DNA of 64,000 nucleotides from Octopus bimaculoides. Taxonomy: Eukaryota. A program made the translations under genes and the position numbers. Location of the stretch: positions 37,867,532 to 37,931,531 of the forward strand of contig NC_068983.1 of the NCBI RefSeq assembly GCF_001194135.2, written 5' to 3'. Shown in pieces: positions 36,495 to 49,271 of the stretch (position 1 is the stretch's first letter; every line of letters begins with the position of its first letter). The notes beneath the pieces were generated by a model, which saw only the letters and a list, made by a program, of their open reading frames with translations, ran no database searches and was not told the DNA's origin.

Positions 36495-37056
36495 GTATTA
36501 TAGAACAAAAGGCATTCTCAGATGGGTTGGTATGAAAAGGGTTAACATGTTCTAGATTTCAAACCTTCCTTCAAAGTTACTTGCTAATTTATATTCTAAA
36601 CATCATCTTGCTGCGACAGTTATTTTACTAATTTCTTTATCATTTTCAAGATTGATTCAAATAAAAGCAGTGGTATATTTTAACAGAAATATTGTAGTGA
36701 AAAGGTTAAGCTAGTGTCATATTTTGAGGTGGTATTTGGATGTTATTTCTAGCAGGTCAAGTGGCACTATACTGGTTCCTTTGTTCCTGTTGTTGTTGAT
36801 GTTGTTGTTGTTGGCAGAGATGGTGTCTTCTTTTTGCTCATCTTCATATTTTCATTCATCTTATTCTTTCTAATCCTTCTTCCTTTTTCTTTTTTCCTTC
36901 ATTTTCTTCTATTTATTTTCTCTCTTTAATCTCCTTTTTCTTCTTCGTTTTTTGCTTCTCTTCTTTTCTATGAAGAACCAGAGCTAAAATTAACACAGTT
37001 GTATCACCTCCTGCAGTTTATTCACAATTCCAAAAGCAATTTTTTCTTTATTATTG

Positions 37057-37059
<3 letters not shown>

Positions 37060-37111
<52 letters not shown>

Positions 37112-37132
37112 CTACTACTACTGCTGCTGCTG

Positions 37133-37210
<78 letters not shown>

Positions 37211-37212
37211 TT
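37060..37212. repeat. Compound trinucleotide microsatellite (ATT)n(ACT)n(GCT)n(ACT)n
   Basis: Read directly from the sequence. Confidence 0.95.
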
Positions 37213-38062
37213 TTATTTTTTTATATTCTGTATAAAGATTGAATCATTAACTCAACTGGATAATGACATTTTGATTCCAGTTACACTTGACAGCTCCATA
37301 CTGGTACTCATTGACTTTTCTGCAAACCCAAGTTCTTTATATACCACCACCACCACTACCGCCACCACCACCACCACCACCAATATGTAACCCTTTCCCT
37401 CTTCCATTCACTCCCCATTCTCAAGTACACACTTATTGAAATTTAAACTATTAGAAATGACACAAATTTACTGTGGATTTGATGTAATTCTTTTTAGCTT
37501 CCTTCCTTTTTTTTTTCTGTCTCTCTACCCTTCTTCTTCTTCTCTCATCTTGCTCTCTTCCTTCTCTCTCTCTTTTTTCCTCCCCCATTTCTCCCCCTCT
37601 TGCTCTCTCTCTCTCTCTTTCTCAATCTCTTCATATGCAAGAATTTATATGTGTACATGTCAAGTGATCATCAGAGCTTCGAGGATAACACTGAATGACA
37701 CTCAAACGCTACGGCCAAATACCAGGAAACCAAAAGGTACCAGAACTGCAAAAAAATTGTCCTTCTAAGTACTGCCCACATCTTAAGAAAAACATTGTCA
37801 ATAGGCAATGTAGTGTGTAGTAAGAAGTTTGCTTTCCAACTGCATGGTTCCGGGTTCAGACCCAGTGTGTGATACCTTGGGCAAGTGTCTTCTACTATAG
37901 CCCCAGGCTGACTAAAGCCTTGTGAGCAGATTTGGCAGATGGAAACTGAAAGAAGCCTATCATATTGGTGGCACTCTGCCGGTTGCGACAGCAAGGGTTC
38001 CTGTTGATCTTGGCAATGGAACAGCCTGCTCGTGAAATTAACGTTCAAGTGACTGAGAACTT

Positions 38063-38629
38063 GGATCTATTTTAAAACGGGGGCCACGTTTTTCATTAAT
38101 GTTTTACGTAGTGTTTTTGGTACGGAAAGACTTTCAAACTTCGTATACTTATCTATTTTGTGTTATAGAACAGAAAAATATTTTTGTATTCGAATTTATT
38201 TCATGTAAAAAATTGTCTTATTTCGATAATTTCAACCAATCACTGACAAGTATTCAGTTGTTTACATTTACTCCTTTGGCTGATTAAGCGATGTAAAGCG
38301 TATTTAATCTCCATACCTTCGTTTTATTTGCTTTTTTCATTTTAAATTTGCTTTAACCCTAACCCTAACCCTAAGGTTAGGGTTAGGGTTAATTGTTTCA
38401 GAATCGTTTGTTTATGTAGTTGGCACTTAATGTATATTGGCTGAATGGACGTCAGTGATTGGTTGAAATTACAGAAATACGACAACTTTAACATGGAATA
38501 ACTTATGGATTTCTTTTTTTTTAAGAAGACTAAGAGAAAAAGATGTTTTATATGGCACATTCTACCAGTGTTCCAAGTTTCAAAGTGTTTCGTTAATGAA
38601 AAATGTGGCCCCCGTTTTAAAAAAGATCC
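38063..38629. mobile_element. GGATC-terminated MITE with a central telomeric-repeat hairpin, inserted into a SINE-C
   Basis: TIR GGATCT-TTTTAAAACGGGGGCCAC. Degenerate 8-bp TSD GAGAACTT/GAGCACTC. The flanks at 37960-38062 and 38630-38905 rejoin into a minus-strand SINE-C. Confidence 0.85.
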
Positions 38630-40585
38630 GAGCACTCCACAAACACGTGTACCCATAACGTAGTTGTCGGAGAGATTCTGCATGACACAGAGTGTGGCAA
38701 GGCTGGCTCTTTGAAATACAGGTACAACAGAAACAGGAAAGTTGTGGTGAAAGAGTACAGCAGGGTTCGCCACCACCCCCTGGCGGAACTTCGTTGAGCT
38801 TTAGGTGTTTTCACTCAACACTCACAATGCCCGGTCTGGGAATCGAAACTGCCATCTTACGACTGTGAGTTGACCGCCCTAACCACTGGGCCATTGCACT
38901 TCCACCCAATCATATATATGTGAGTGTGTGTGTTTGTTTCCCATCACTGCTTGACAACTGATGTTGGTTTGTTTATGTCCCTGTAACTTAGTAGTTCAGC
39001 AAAAGAAACTGATTGAATAACGCTTAAAAAAAAAAAGTACTGAGGTTGATTCATTTGACTAATACTTCTTCAAGGTGATGCTCCAGCATGGCGACAGTCA
39101 AATGACTGAAACAAGTAAAAGATGAAAGATACCTGATTCTCTTTAATTTAACAGAATCTTCTCAAATTCTGGTCTCCTTTTCCCTATATTCTTTTATTTG
39201 TTCCAGTCATTTGATTGCAGCTATACTTCAGCACCACCTTTAGTTGAACAAATCGACCCCAGGATTTATTCTTTGTAAGCCTAGTACTTATTCTATTGGT
39301 TTCTTTTGCCGAACCGCTATGTTTCGGGCACGTAAACGCACCAATATTGGTTTTCAAGTGATGGTGGGGGGACAAACACAGACACACGAACATATACACA
39401 TACATATATATATATATAACTTCGGAATGGTTAGTTTTCATTGTTTTTTTCTTCTTGTTTTTGCCTTTGTGAGTTACAAGTAATGCTATCTGTTGGAGTC
39501 TCAGCTTTTTTAGCTGCTATTTCTGAACTTCGGTATATGGTGAAGCAAATATTTGCTGATCCCTTAATTATGTTTATAAATGTATATGAACTTTTAAATA
39601 AGTTCTCCACCGATAATGGTGCTTACATACTGAAGAGCTTGGTAAAAATTATTAATTGTTGATTTATTAATAAATTAATAAATTGATAAACCTTTACCCT
39701 TTTAATTTGTAATAATTATATATATATATATATATGATACTCGGGTTTGGTAGGTGAGTTCNNNNNNNNNNNNNNNNNNNNNNNNNNNNNNNNNNNNNNN
39801 NNNNNNNNNNNNNNNNNNNNNNNNNNNNNNNNNNNNNNNNNNNNNNNNNNNNNNNNNNNNNNNNNNNNNNNNNNNNNNNNNNNNNNNNNNNNNNNNNNNN
39901 NNNNNNNNNNNNNNNNNNNNNNNNNNNNNNNNNNNNNNNNNNNNNNNNNNNNNNNNNNNNNNNNNNNNNNNNNNNNNNNNNNNNNNNNNNNNNNNNNNNN
40001 NNNNNNNNNNNNNNNNNNNNNNNNNNNNNNNNNNNNNNNNNNNNNNNNNNNNNNNNNNNNNCACAGCGCATGGAGAAGAAATCATTTAATCCTGTTTTTT
40101 GGTGGATATTGATCAGTTACTGATAGAAATACTGTTTCAGTTTTCTTTTTTCTATTTTTCATTACAAATTCCTGATTTGTAGTGAAAGATCTCAGAATGA
40201 TAAGGTTTCCATTTAATTTTGTCCATATACCATTTTTAAATGGGAAAATGGATATTCTGCTGGTGTTGTTGTTGATAAAGAAGTGTTAAAAAAAAAAATT
40301 TCCATTCTCCTTTTCTTAGATCATAGAAACACGCACGCACATACGTGCACGTGCACACACACACACACACACACACGCTAACATACATACATACTCACTC
40401 TCTCTCTCTATCCCTCTCATACATAGATGTTCATGTATACCCACTAGTATATATATATGTGTGTGTGTATTATGTGTGTATTATACACGTATGTGTGTGT
40501 GTATAAATAGATAGACATACATACATACATACATATCTATCTATCTGTCTATATATCTCTATGTATGCATATATATATATATGTA

Positions 40586-40622
<37 letters not shown>

Positions 40623-41016
40623 TAGAGAGATAATATAACTAGATGGATGAAATTGCTTCTGAAATTGTAATTTTGTAAAAAATGAGTTGTGAAGCGAAAA
40701 CATTATAAGAGAGGAAAAGAGTATGAAAGTATGAAAACAGATCTTGAAGATAGATATGAATGGAACAGAAAGTGAAAATAAAAGACTGGAGTAAAAAAAT
40801 CAAGATATAGAGGAAGAAGAGGGGGATTAATTAGTTTGTAATTAATGTTAAGAGCAACTCCCATTTAGCTTCAGTTGATTTCATCTCACTCCGTTTCTCT
40901 GTTTTATTTTTTTACCAGCCTTTCCACTCAACACTGTTTCCATCCTCTACTCCCTCGCACACTTGTACTCTTCCTGTCACTCATACAGTGAATCGTATAG
41001 TGATTGTTTTAATTAT

Positions 41017-41203
41017 CCTTTCTGCTATAGACAGAAGGCCTGAAATTTGTGGGGAATGGCTAAGTCAATTACATCAACCCCAGTGTGTAACTGGTACTTA
41101 TTTTATCAACCTTGAAAGGATGAAAGGCAAAGTCGACCTCGGCGGAATTTGAACTCAGAATGTAAAAGACAAGCGCATTTCATCCAGTGTGCTAAAGATT
41201 CTG
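41017..41203 (-). mobile_element. SINE-B body and tail forming the 3' part of a 5S-tRNA-SINE chimera
   Basis: Minus strand GCTGGCAGAATC-TTAGCAC...GAGTTCAAATTCCGCCGAGGTCGAC...GGCCTTCTGTCTATAGCAGAAAGG. Lacks the first ~10 nt of the normal head. Confidence 0.8.
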
Positions 41204-41242
41204 CCAGCATGGGGCTCGAACTCATGACTGAGCTAGCCGGGC
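41204..41242 (-). pseudogene. Internally deleted tRNA-Lys(CTT) remnant
   Basis: GCCCGGCTAGCTCAGTC is the first 17 nt of metazoan tRNA-Lys(CTT). It joins ATGAGTTCGAGCCCCATGCTGG, which matches the T-arm region GTGGGTTCGAGCCCCACGTTGG at 18/22. The deletion lies between two GTC triplets. Confidence 0.75.
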
Positions 41243-41354
41243 TTACAGCACGTAGGTTTATCAAGCAGTCACCTATCTAAGTACTCACTAGGCTCAACGT
41301 TGCTTAACTTCGATGATTGGATGGGAACTGGTGTTTTCAACATGATATGGCTGT
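41241..41354 (-). pseudogene. 5S rRNA pseudogene, near full length (114 nt), CpG-decayed
   Basis: ACAGCCATATCATGTTGAAAACACCAGTTCCCATCCAATCATCGAAGTTAAGCAACGTTGAGCCTAGTGAGTACTTAGATAGGTGACTGCTTGATAAACCTACGTGCTGTAAGC is colinear with invertebrate 5S. Box A (AGTTAAGC) is intact and many of the changes are CpG transitions. Confidence 0.85.
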
Positions 41355-41645
41355 TTTAATTATGTCAGACAGGAAACGTACCATGCTTTCCCATTATCAG
41401 TAATTTGTTATTACTAAACAACAAAATGTTAATAACTAATTACTTACTGATCAATTAGAAGGCGAAAGCAACTAATTGTTGTTTGTAGATTGCTATACCA
41501 ATTGAATTTTTTAATTCACAACTGATATTATGACTTTATTAAAATTCGTTTTTTTTTTATTAACCAAAATTTCATGATCAAATAAAATTCGCATTGTTAG
41601 TCATCCATGTCTGTTATTAATATAATCATGCCAAAAATATACACA

Positions 41646-41826
41646 TAGTCGCAGGAGTGGCTGTGTGGTAAGAAGTTTGTTTCCCAACCACATAGTCCCG
41701 GGTTCAGTTCCAGTGCGTGGCACTTTGGGCAAATGTCTTCTATTATAGCTTCGGGCCGACCAAAACCTTGTGAGTGGATTTGGTAGACAGAAACTGAAAG
41801 AAGCCCATCATATATGTATGTGTGTG

Positions 41827-41874
<48 letters not shown>

Positions 41875-42170
41875 TACATATATATATATACACACACACA
41901 TATATATGTATGTATATATTTGTTATATGTATGTATATGTTTGTTATTTGTATGTATGTGTTTGTTATTTGTGTCTGTGTTTGTCCCCCCACCACTTGAA
42001 TGTTGGCGTGTTTACATCCTGCCACCTAGCAGTTCAGCAAAAAGAGAACGATAAGATAAGTACTAGGCTTACAAAGAATAAGTTTTGGGGGCGATTTGTT
42101 TGACTAAAAGTGGTGCTCCAGCATGGGCGCAGTCAAATGACTGAAACAAGTGAAAGAATAAAAGAATAAA
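41646..42170 (+). mobile_element. SINE-A full length with an expanded internal microsatellite
   Basis: Same head and 3' body as 1389-1800, with an internal TA/CA/TG tract of about 170 bp. Confidence 0.8.
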
Positions 42171-42310
42171 ATGAACCAAAAATTGCTGAAAGAGATATTT
42201 TTAGTTTCTAAACACAAAATTACTGAGGTAGATTGTAAATGGTAATTTAATTCATGGAATTGTGGTTAAACACTTAGGTAAACCCTACGTTTTAATTTTA
42301 ATTTTTAAAG

Positions 42311-42360
42311 CTTCGTTGTTTGTGCCATTAAAGTACAACATTTTGTTTGACTGTTGGGCC
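42311..42360 (+). CDS. Candidate exon (50 nt, phase 1-0)
   Basis: Acceptor TTTAATTTTTAAAG, donor GTAAGT, open frame SLFVPLKYNILFDCWA. Confidence 0.25.
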
Positions 42361-42764
42361 GTAAGTGATGTCTTTGACAGCATTTGAACTAGGACCAAAA
42401 GGATCATATGATAGACCTTGTAGACCAGAAGACCATTCATCTACTCATCACTGCTGAAATCTGATAAAATTGGCACCAGCTATTAATGTAGCCAGATTAA
42501 AAAAAAAACGCTGAATAAGAAACAGGTTAGTTTCTTTCATTTTCAGGGTGGGGTTGGTGTGTTTCTTGTAGTCTTTCTTTCTTTGTTCTTGCATTTTTTT
42601 TTGTTTGCTTTGAGAAAGCCATTATAATGAGACTGTGTTCATAGTAATTATTTTTGGCACTAAAGGAATGGTTTGTTTTGGTTGAGTAGCTAGGATAAGA
42701 TGGTTGACTGATGGCTAATGACCTTATGATGAACTAGTGTTGCCTGTACAGCTCTTCTGGTGGT

Positions 42765-42815
<51 letters not shown>

Positions 42816-43395
42816 CAGTGAGTGAAACAGAGGTGAAGCTAAGAGAAAGAAAGAAAACTGTTGAGTGGGGGAGTGAAAAAGTTGTAGGACAAAATAGTTT
42901 ATGTTAGATAAAGGCATTTTATCCCTTTTATTTCATTAACCATTAAATTCCTTGCAAAGACTTTCTTGATTTGTTTTTTTTTCTTTTCTTTTTGTTTTGA
43001 TGGCTAGGAAAGCTTGCAGAAATGGCTAAACTAAATAGATTATAATATTCTAGCTTCTAATGCAATGCTCAACTTCCTTTTACTAATGCTTAAAATACAA
43101 AACAGAAACAATTGTAGCGTCGTTCCAATTAGTTTTTAATATTTCATTGTGTATTATCCTCCTGATTTTCTGTGTTACATATTGTAGATATGATAAACCA
43201 CCTTGTAGTAGTTTTTTTGTAATTCTTCTATCAAAAAGCAAGTTAACATCTTTCAACTATTACAAGTTGTTGTGTGTCTTAAGAAAGCATTCTAATTCAT
43301 TCTTTCCTTGAACCTCTCTTACTAATCCAGTATTCTTTCTATATTCCTCTATCACTACCATTGATGTTTAGAATGAAATCTTCAGAGGTTTATTT

Positions 43396-43974
43396 GGATC
43401 TTGCTCAAAACGGGGGCACCAGTATTTTCTTAATGAAACACTTTGAAACTTGGGACACTGGTAGAATGTGTCATATAAAACATCATCTTTTTCTCTTAGT
43501 CTTCTTAACAAAAAAACGTACATCGCAAGTTATTTCATGTTAAAGTTGTCGTATTTCTGTAATTTCAACCAATGACTGACGTCCATTCAGCCGAATAACA
43601 GTAAGTGCTGACTACGTAAACAAACGATTGTCAAACGATTTTGGCGGTGATAAAATTATTATTTCCTTGTCAAAAAATGGCTGAAGCATATTGACAGTAG
43701 CTAATAAACCTTTCTATTATAGGCACAAGGCATGGTTTTTGAGGGAAGGAGCAAGTCGGTTAGGAGTAACAGTAAACAGCTGAATACTTGTCAGTGATTG
43801 GTTGAAATTATCGAAATAAGACAATTTTTTACATGAAATAAATCCGAATACAAAAATTTTTTTCTGTTCTATAACACAAAATAGATAAGTATACGAAGTT
43901 TGAAAGTCTTTCGGTACCAAAAACACTACATAAAACATTAATGAAAACTGGTGCCCCCGTTTTGAACAAGATCC
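43396..43974. mobile_element. GGATC-terminated MITE (alternative-core subfamily) with a perfect 8-bp TSD
   Basis: TIRs GGATCTTG-TCAAAACGGGGGCACCAG and TSD GTTTATTT at 43388-43395 and 43975-43982. Confidence 0.9.
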
Positions 43975-44040
43975 GTTTATTTGAAACAGTACTGATAAAC
44001 TGCCATAAAATGCTAATTGGATTGGCAGAATACGGCAGAG

Positions 44041-44276
44041 CTGTGGTTCTCAACCATTTTTTGCCTATAGACTCCTTTGGTTCCTATTTTCTCTTCTAGA
44101 CACCCATAACTTTTCAATGTTTAAAAAAAATCTTATATTCTTATTATCAAATATTATTAGGAATTGTATAAAAAAAAATTGCTGAAATATTTTGTGTGTT
44201 GTAGAAGTATTACCAATTATATTACTTGTATGTTTTAACAATGGAATCTTATATGGACCCCAGTTGAGAATCACTG
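44041..44276. mobile_element. hAT (Charlie-like) MITE
   Basis: Termini CTGTGGTTCTCAAC and GTTGAGAATCACTG match the CAGTGGTTCTCAAC type. The TSD is degenerate. Confidence 0.6.
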
Positions 44277-47200
44277 ATGTAGAACAATGGGGGATGAAAT
44301 GCCTTTCTTTACATGTTTTTAAATTGGAATTCAAATTTTGTGAAGGTCAGATCAACTTTGTCTTTTATTCTCTCGAGGTCAATAAAACAAAGTACAGTCA
44401 AGTACTAGTCTTGATATACCATACTCTTCACTTGGTTCTGGGTTCAGTCTCACAGTACTGCATGGTACCTTAGGCAAGTATTTTCTACTGTAGCCCCAGG
44501 CTGACTAAAGTTTTGTGTGTGGTTGTCAAGCAACGGTGTGGGGGCAAATGCAAACATATCTGCACATATATGATAGACTTCCACACAGTTTCTATGTACC
44601 AAATTCACTTACAAGGCATTAGTTGACCCAAGTCTATAGTAGGTGCTGTGCAGTGGGACTGAATCCAAAGCCATGTGGTTGTAAAGCAAGCTTCTAAACC
44701 ACACAGCCATGCTCATGCTTATTGTTAGCGAATTTATTTTTGTATTTCACCAGTGTTAAGTACCGGAGTGAAAGCCAGAAGCTCTACACCATCTTTCGCA
44801 AATTTGTGGTTTTATAACAATGTGAAGAGCTCTTAATTTTATTATCGTTGTAAGAGTGGTGGATTGGCAGAATTAGCTAAATGTTGGACATTTGTGGTAT
44901 TTGGTTATGCTACTTTACATTCTCAGTTCACATTCTGATCATACTTGACTTTCCATAATTCCAAGATCAATAAAATAAATACCACTCACGCATTAAGACA
45001 AACTCTACTCAACTACTTTCTCCACCCAAAATAAACATTTGTATTAAAAAACCTTCCTTATTGCTGTTGTTGCAGTTGTAGAGATGCAGCAATCCTCTCC
45101 TTAAGTTAACCACTGGATTTACTTGAGTATCTTTCTCTTCAGTCTCATGCCTATAGGCATCCACCTACTAAGGATTTCTGTGCCAAAGTCTGAAGGTTCT
45201 TGATTTTTCTTGGGAAATATACTGCCATAGTTTCCTGTTGTCTTCTGCTGGTTTGTTTACAGCAGTGTTTCGCACATATGGATCCCTTTAATTTCTGTTT
45301 TATTCTGGTGAACTCCCATAGCCATTCAATGTTTAAAGATCAGTTTTATAGATACTTCTTTCAAAATTCTTATTTTGTCTTTCACATATTCACTTGTGTA
45401 GGTTTGCAATAGAACTCTTTGTGAGAACATATTCCAGTGGGCAGAAACATGTTGAGGGATGTAGAATGTTAAAGAAAGAGACCTAGTTGTTTCTTGCAAT
45501 ATCTGAAGTACAATTTTTGTATGGATACTTAGAATGCTGCTGAGGATCACCAATTTACTACCAATTTACCAATTTACTGACCAAAGCCTTGTGAGTTGAT
45601 TTGGTAGACGGAAACTGAAAGAAGCCCATCATATATATGTATATATATGTGTGTGTGTGTATGTTTGTGTGTCTGTGTTTGTCCCCCTAGCATTGCTTGA
45701 CAACTGATGCTGGTGTGTTTATGTCCCTGTAACCTAGCAGTTTGGCAAAAGAGATTGATAGAATAAGTACTAGGCTTACAAAGAATAAGTCCCGGAGTTG
45801 ATTTGCTTGTCTAAAAATGGTGCTCCAGCATGGCCGTAGTCAAATGACTGAAACAAGTAAAAGAGTAAAGAGTAGTAAATTCTTCATTATTTTAGAAATT
45901 AATTGAAACAGGCAGTATATTTCAACAGAAATATGGTAAGAAAATGTTTGAAGAATCAATCTTTGGTAACTCTGATTTTAGAAAACAGTTTATTTCAACA
46001 TTTGTCAGTTGATACCTTAATATGATAACAGTATAGATTGGTGATAGTGGAGTGCATAACAAATATGCTTATAAGGGAAACCCAGTTACATGAAATAGTA
46101 AGGGTAGAAGTTAATATTATTAAATAATACCAATTTGAAACAGTGGTCAGCATACATTAGAAAAACGTCCAATAATTGTGAATTATATTTAAATATAAAT
46201 AAGAGGAGAGACCACTAAGTGGATCCCTTGCATGCTAAATATAGACATCAAACCATCCTACCACAAAATATGTGTTTTCAAAGTAGCATGACACTAGATG
46301 TTTACAGACAAATGAAAAGAAATAAGCATAACACTTAATTCCAAACCTTAAATCAATTATAAATTAGGTTAGTGATAAAAGGTCAGAGGTTAACTGATAA
46401 GTAAAGCAAGACCAGATGAGATGCATGGTGTTTCAAATTCATTGGAGTCACATTCAATTAAACATTTGTTCACCATGAATGGAGAACCAGAAACTTTGAA
46501 TAACAGAAATGAAAATAAAACCCATTTTTCACCTTTTTAGCTTTTACTTGTTTTGGTCATCAGACTGCAGTCATGCTGAGGCACTGCCCTGAAGAATTTT
46601 TTAGTTGAACAAATCGATCTCAGTACTTGCTTTACATCTTTAAGCCTGGTACTTATTTTATCAGTCTCTTTTTCTGAACCACTAAGTTAGAGAGGTGTAA
46701 ACGAACCTATACCAGTTGTCAAGCAGTGGTAGGTGACAAACATAGGCTAAAACACACACATACACAGTTTCTTTTGGTTTCCGTTTTCTAACTCCACTCA
46801 CAAGGCTTCGGATGGCCCAAGGGTATAATAGAAGACACTTACCTAAGGTGCTATGTTGTGAGACTGATCCTGGAACCATGTGGTTGGGAAGCAAATTCCT
46901 TACCACATGATGGTATTGGAGTTAATTTATGCATTTCTGTGTGTGTGTGTGTACTAGATGTGGTGAGGACATTAGTGAACATGCAAATGGTAATGTTGGT
47001 AAATTCTTTAGTAGTGATGGTCATGGTGGTTGTAATGATAACGAGGCAGTGATAGAAGAGTAGTGGTAATAGTAGTAAGAGGAGGAGGAGAAGGAAGATG
47101 TGAATATGGTTAACAAATTAATAAGGAAAATATATCACCGGAAAATTAAGAAGCCAGCAGAAAATTAAAGAGCACCAAACAGTAACACCCCCCAACACAC

Positions 47201-47619
47201 ACACAATCTCCCATACACTCTAACACACACACACAGATACACACACATGCTCACAAATTTATATATAAGGCACCAATGTAATAAAAGATGCAAAACATAA
47301 TAATAATAATAATAATGACAACATCATTATTATTATTATTATTTCTTCTGCTGGCACTAGGACACATATTTATGGCAAAGATTTATAAATTTCAATTTAT
47401 CAACCGCAATATATGTTTAGTGCACCTTAAGGTTTAACCCCAGAAGCATGGAAGGGTGGAGCTGACACTGGTTGGATTTCACCCCCTCCCCCCTCCTCCG
47501 AATGTAGTTGGGATAAAAATCTGAATACTGTAAGGGAGCAGTTATCTGACACTGTCAATTCTGCCATTACATGGCCTCATCATTTCCATAATAATAATAA
47601 TAATTTCAACATGGGCAGC

Positions 47620-47870
47620 TTGAAAGAGGTAGGGATGAGTCGATTACATCGACCCTGGTGTGCAACTGGTACTTATTTTATTGACCCTGAAAGGATAAAA
47701 GGTAGAGTCAACCTTGGCGGAATTTGAACTCAGAACATAGTGACAGGCGAAATACTGTTAAGCATTTCACCCAGTGTGCTAACAATTCTGCCAGATCGCT
47801 GCCTTTTTGAATAATAATAATAATAATAATAAACAGCAACAACATCAGCAACAATCATAATTATTTCTCA

Positions 47871-47911
<41 letters not shown>

Positions 47912-48144
47912 AGAAGAAGAAGAAGAAGAATCCTTTCTGTTATAGGCACAAGGCCTGAAGTTTTGTGGGAGGGGGTTACATCGATTACATCGATCCTAGT
48001 GTGTAACTGGTACTTATTTATTTGATCCCGAAAGGATGACAGGCAAAGTCAACCTTGGCAGAATTTGAATTCAGAACGTAACAACAGACAAAATACTGTT
48101 AAGCATTTCGCCAGGCGTGCTAACGATTCTGCCATCTCGCTGCC

Positions 48145-48146
<2 letters not shown>
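47620..48146 (-). mobile_element. Two SINE-B copies separated by (AAT)/(ACT)/(AAG) microsatellites
   Basis: Copies at 47620-47805 and 47935-48146, followed by (AAT)n to about 48207. Confidence 0.75.
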
Positions 48147-48207
<61 letters not shown>

Positions 48208-48947
48208 GTGAAATAGAAATTTCCTATATAGGATTTTATAATATTACATGACAGTATTGTTATTAATTATAAAGGGTAGGGGATGACAGAATTGGTGAAG
48301 TACCAGACAAATGTTTTGCAGTATTTAGTTACATTTTTGTATGCCTTGTAAAAAAAAATGTAGGACCCTTCCTTCAAAATTTATATCCTTGTTCCAAATT
48401 TACAAATCATTCGTACAGTTTGTATGTGAACTGGAAAAGAAAGATGAAGAGAGAGGTGTTGCCCTCTTGTAAATTTGTTGAAAACTGGGTGAGAGTGACA
48501 ACCATGGCCAAATTGAATTAGGTGTAGAAACAAAACTGATATAATATTTCTTTGACACTGATTTCACACCATTCTCTTATGTAATTTGATGTTGGTCTTG
48601 ATAAATTTTGTGCAGAATCTTCAAAAGAATTTGTTTACATATCGGTTCACTTCAGTACTGAATTTCACTGGCTGTACATTCTTGTTTGTTTAAATGCAGC
48701 AGTAAATACTTGGAGGAAGTGACACGATTGGTTAATTTTAGCTAATCAAATTACTTCATTCTGATGCAAAACATTTTTAAGACTCTCAGATGCAGGCATA
48801 GTAGTGTGGTTAAGAATTCACCTTACAGCCATGTAATTTCAGGTTTAGATTCACAGCATGGCACCTTGGACAAATGGCTTTTATAACCCTGAGCTGACCA
48901 AGGCCTTTTGGTAGACAGAAACTGAAAGAAGCCTTTCAATCTGAAAG

Positions 48948-49177
48948 GTGGCGAGCTGGTAGAAACGTTAGCATGCCGGGTGATATGCTTAGCGATATTT
49001 CATCTGCCGCTACGTTCTGAGTTCAAATTCCACCGAGGTCGACTTTGCTTTTCATCCTTTCAGGGTCGATAAATTAAGTACCAGTAATGCACTAGGGTCG
49101 ATGCAATCGACTTAATCCCTTTGCCTGTCTTTGTTTGTCCCCTCTATGTTTAGCCCCTTGTGGGCAGTAAAGAAATA
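48948..49177 (+). mobile_element. SINE-B (tail type 1) inserted into a SINE-A
   Basis: The host sequence AGAAACTGAAAGAAGCCT-TCAA is duplicated on both sides. Confidence 0.8.
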
Positions 49178-49200
49178 AGAAACTGAAAGAAGCCTGTCAA

Positions 49201-49271
<71 letters not shown>

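Noticed and set aside
45200-45553. Paired ORFs in unique-looking sequence
   Set aside because: No recognisable motif or splice boundaries; more likely a decayed LINE fragment.
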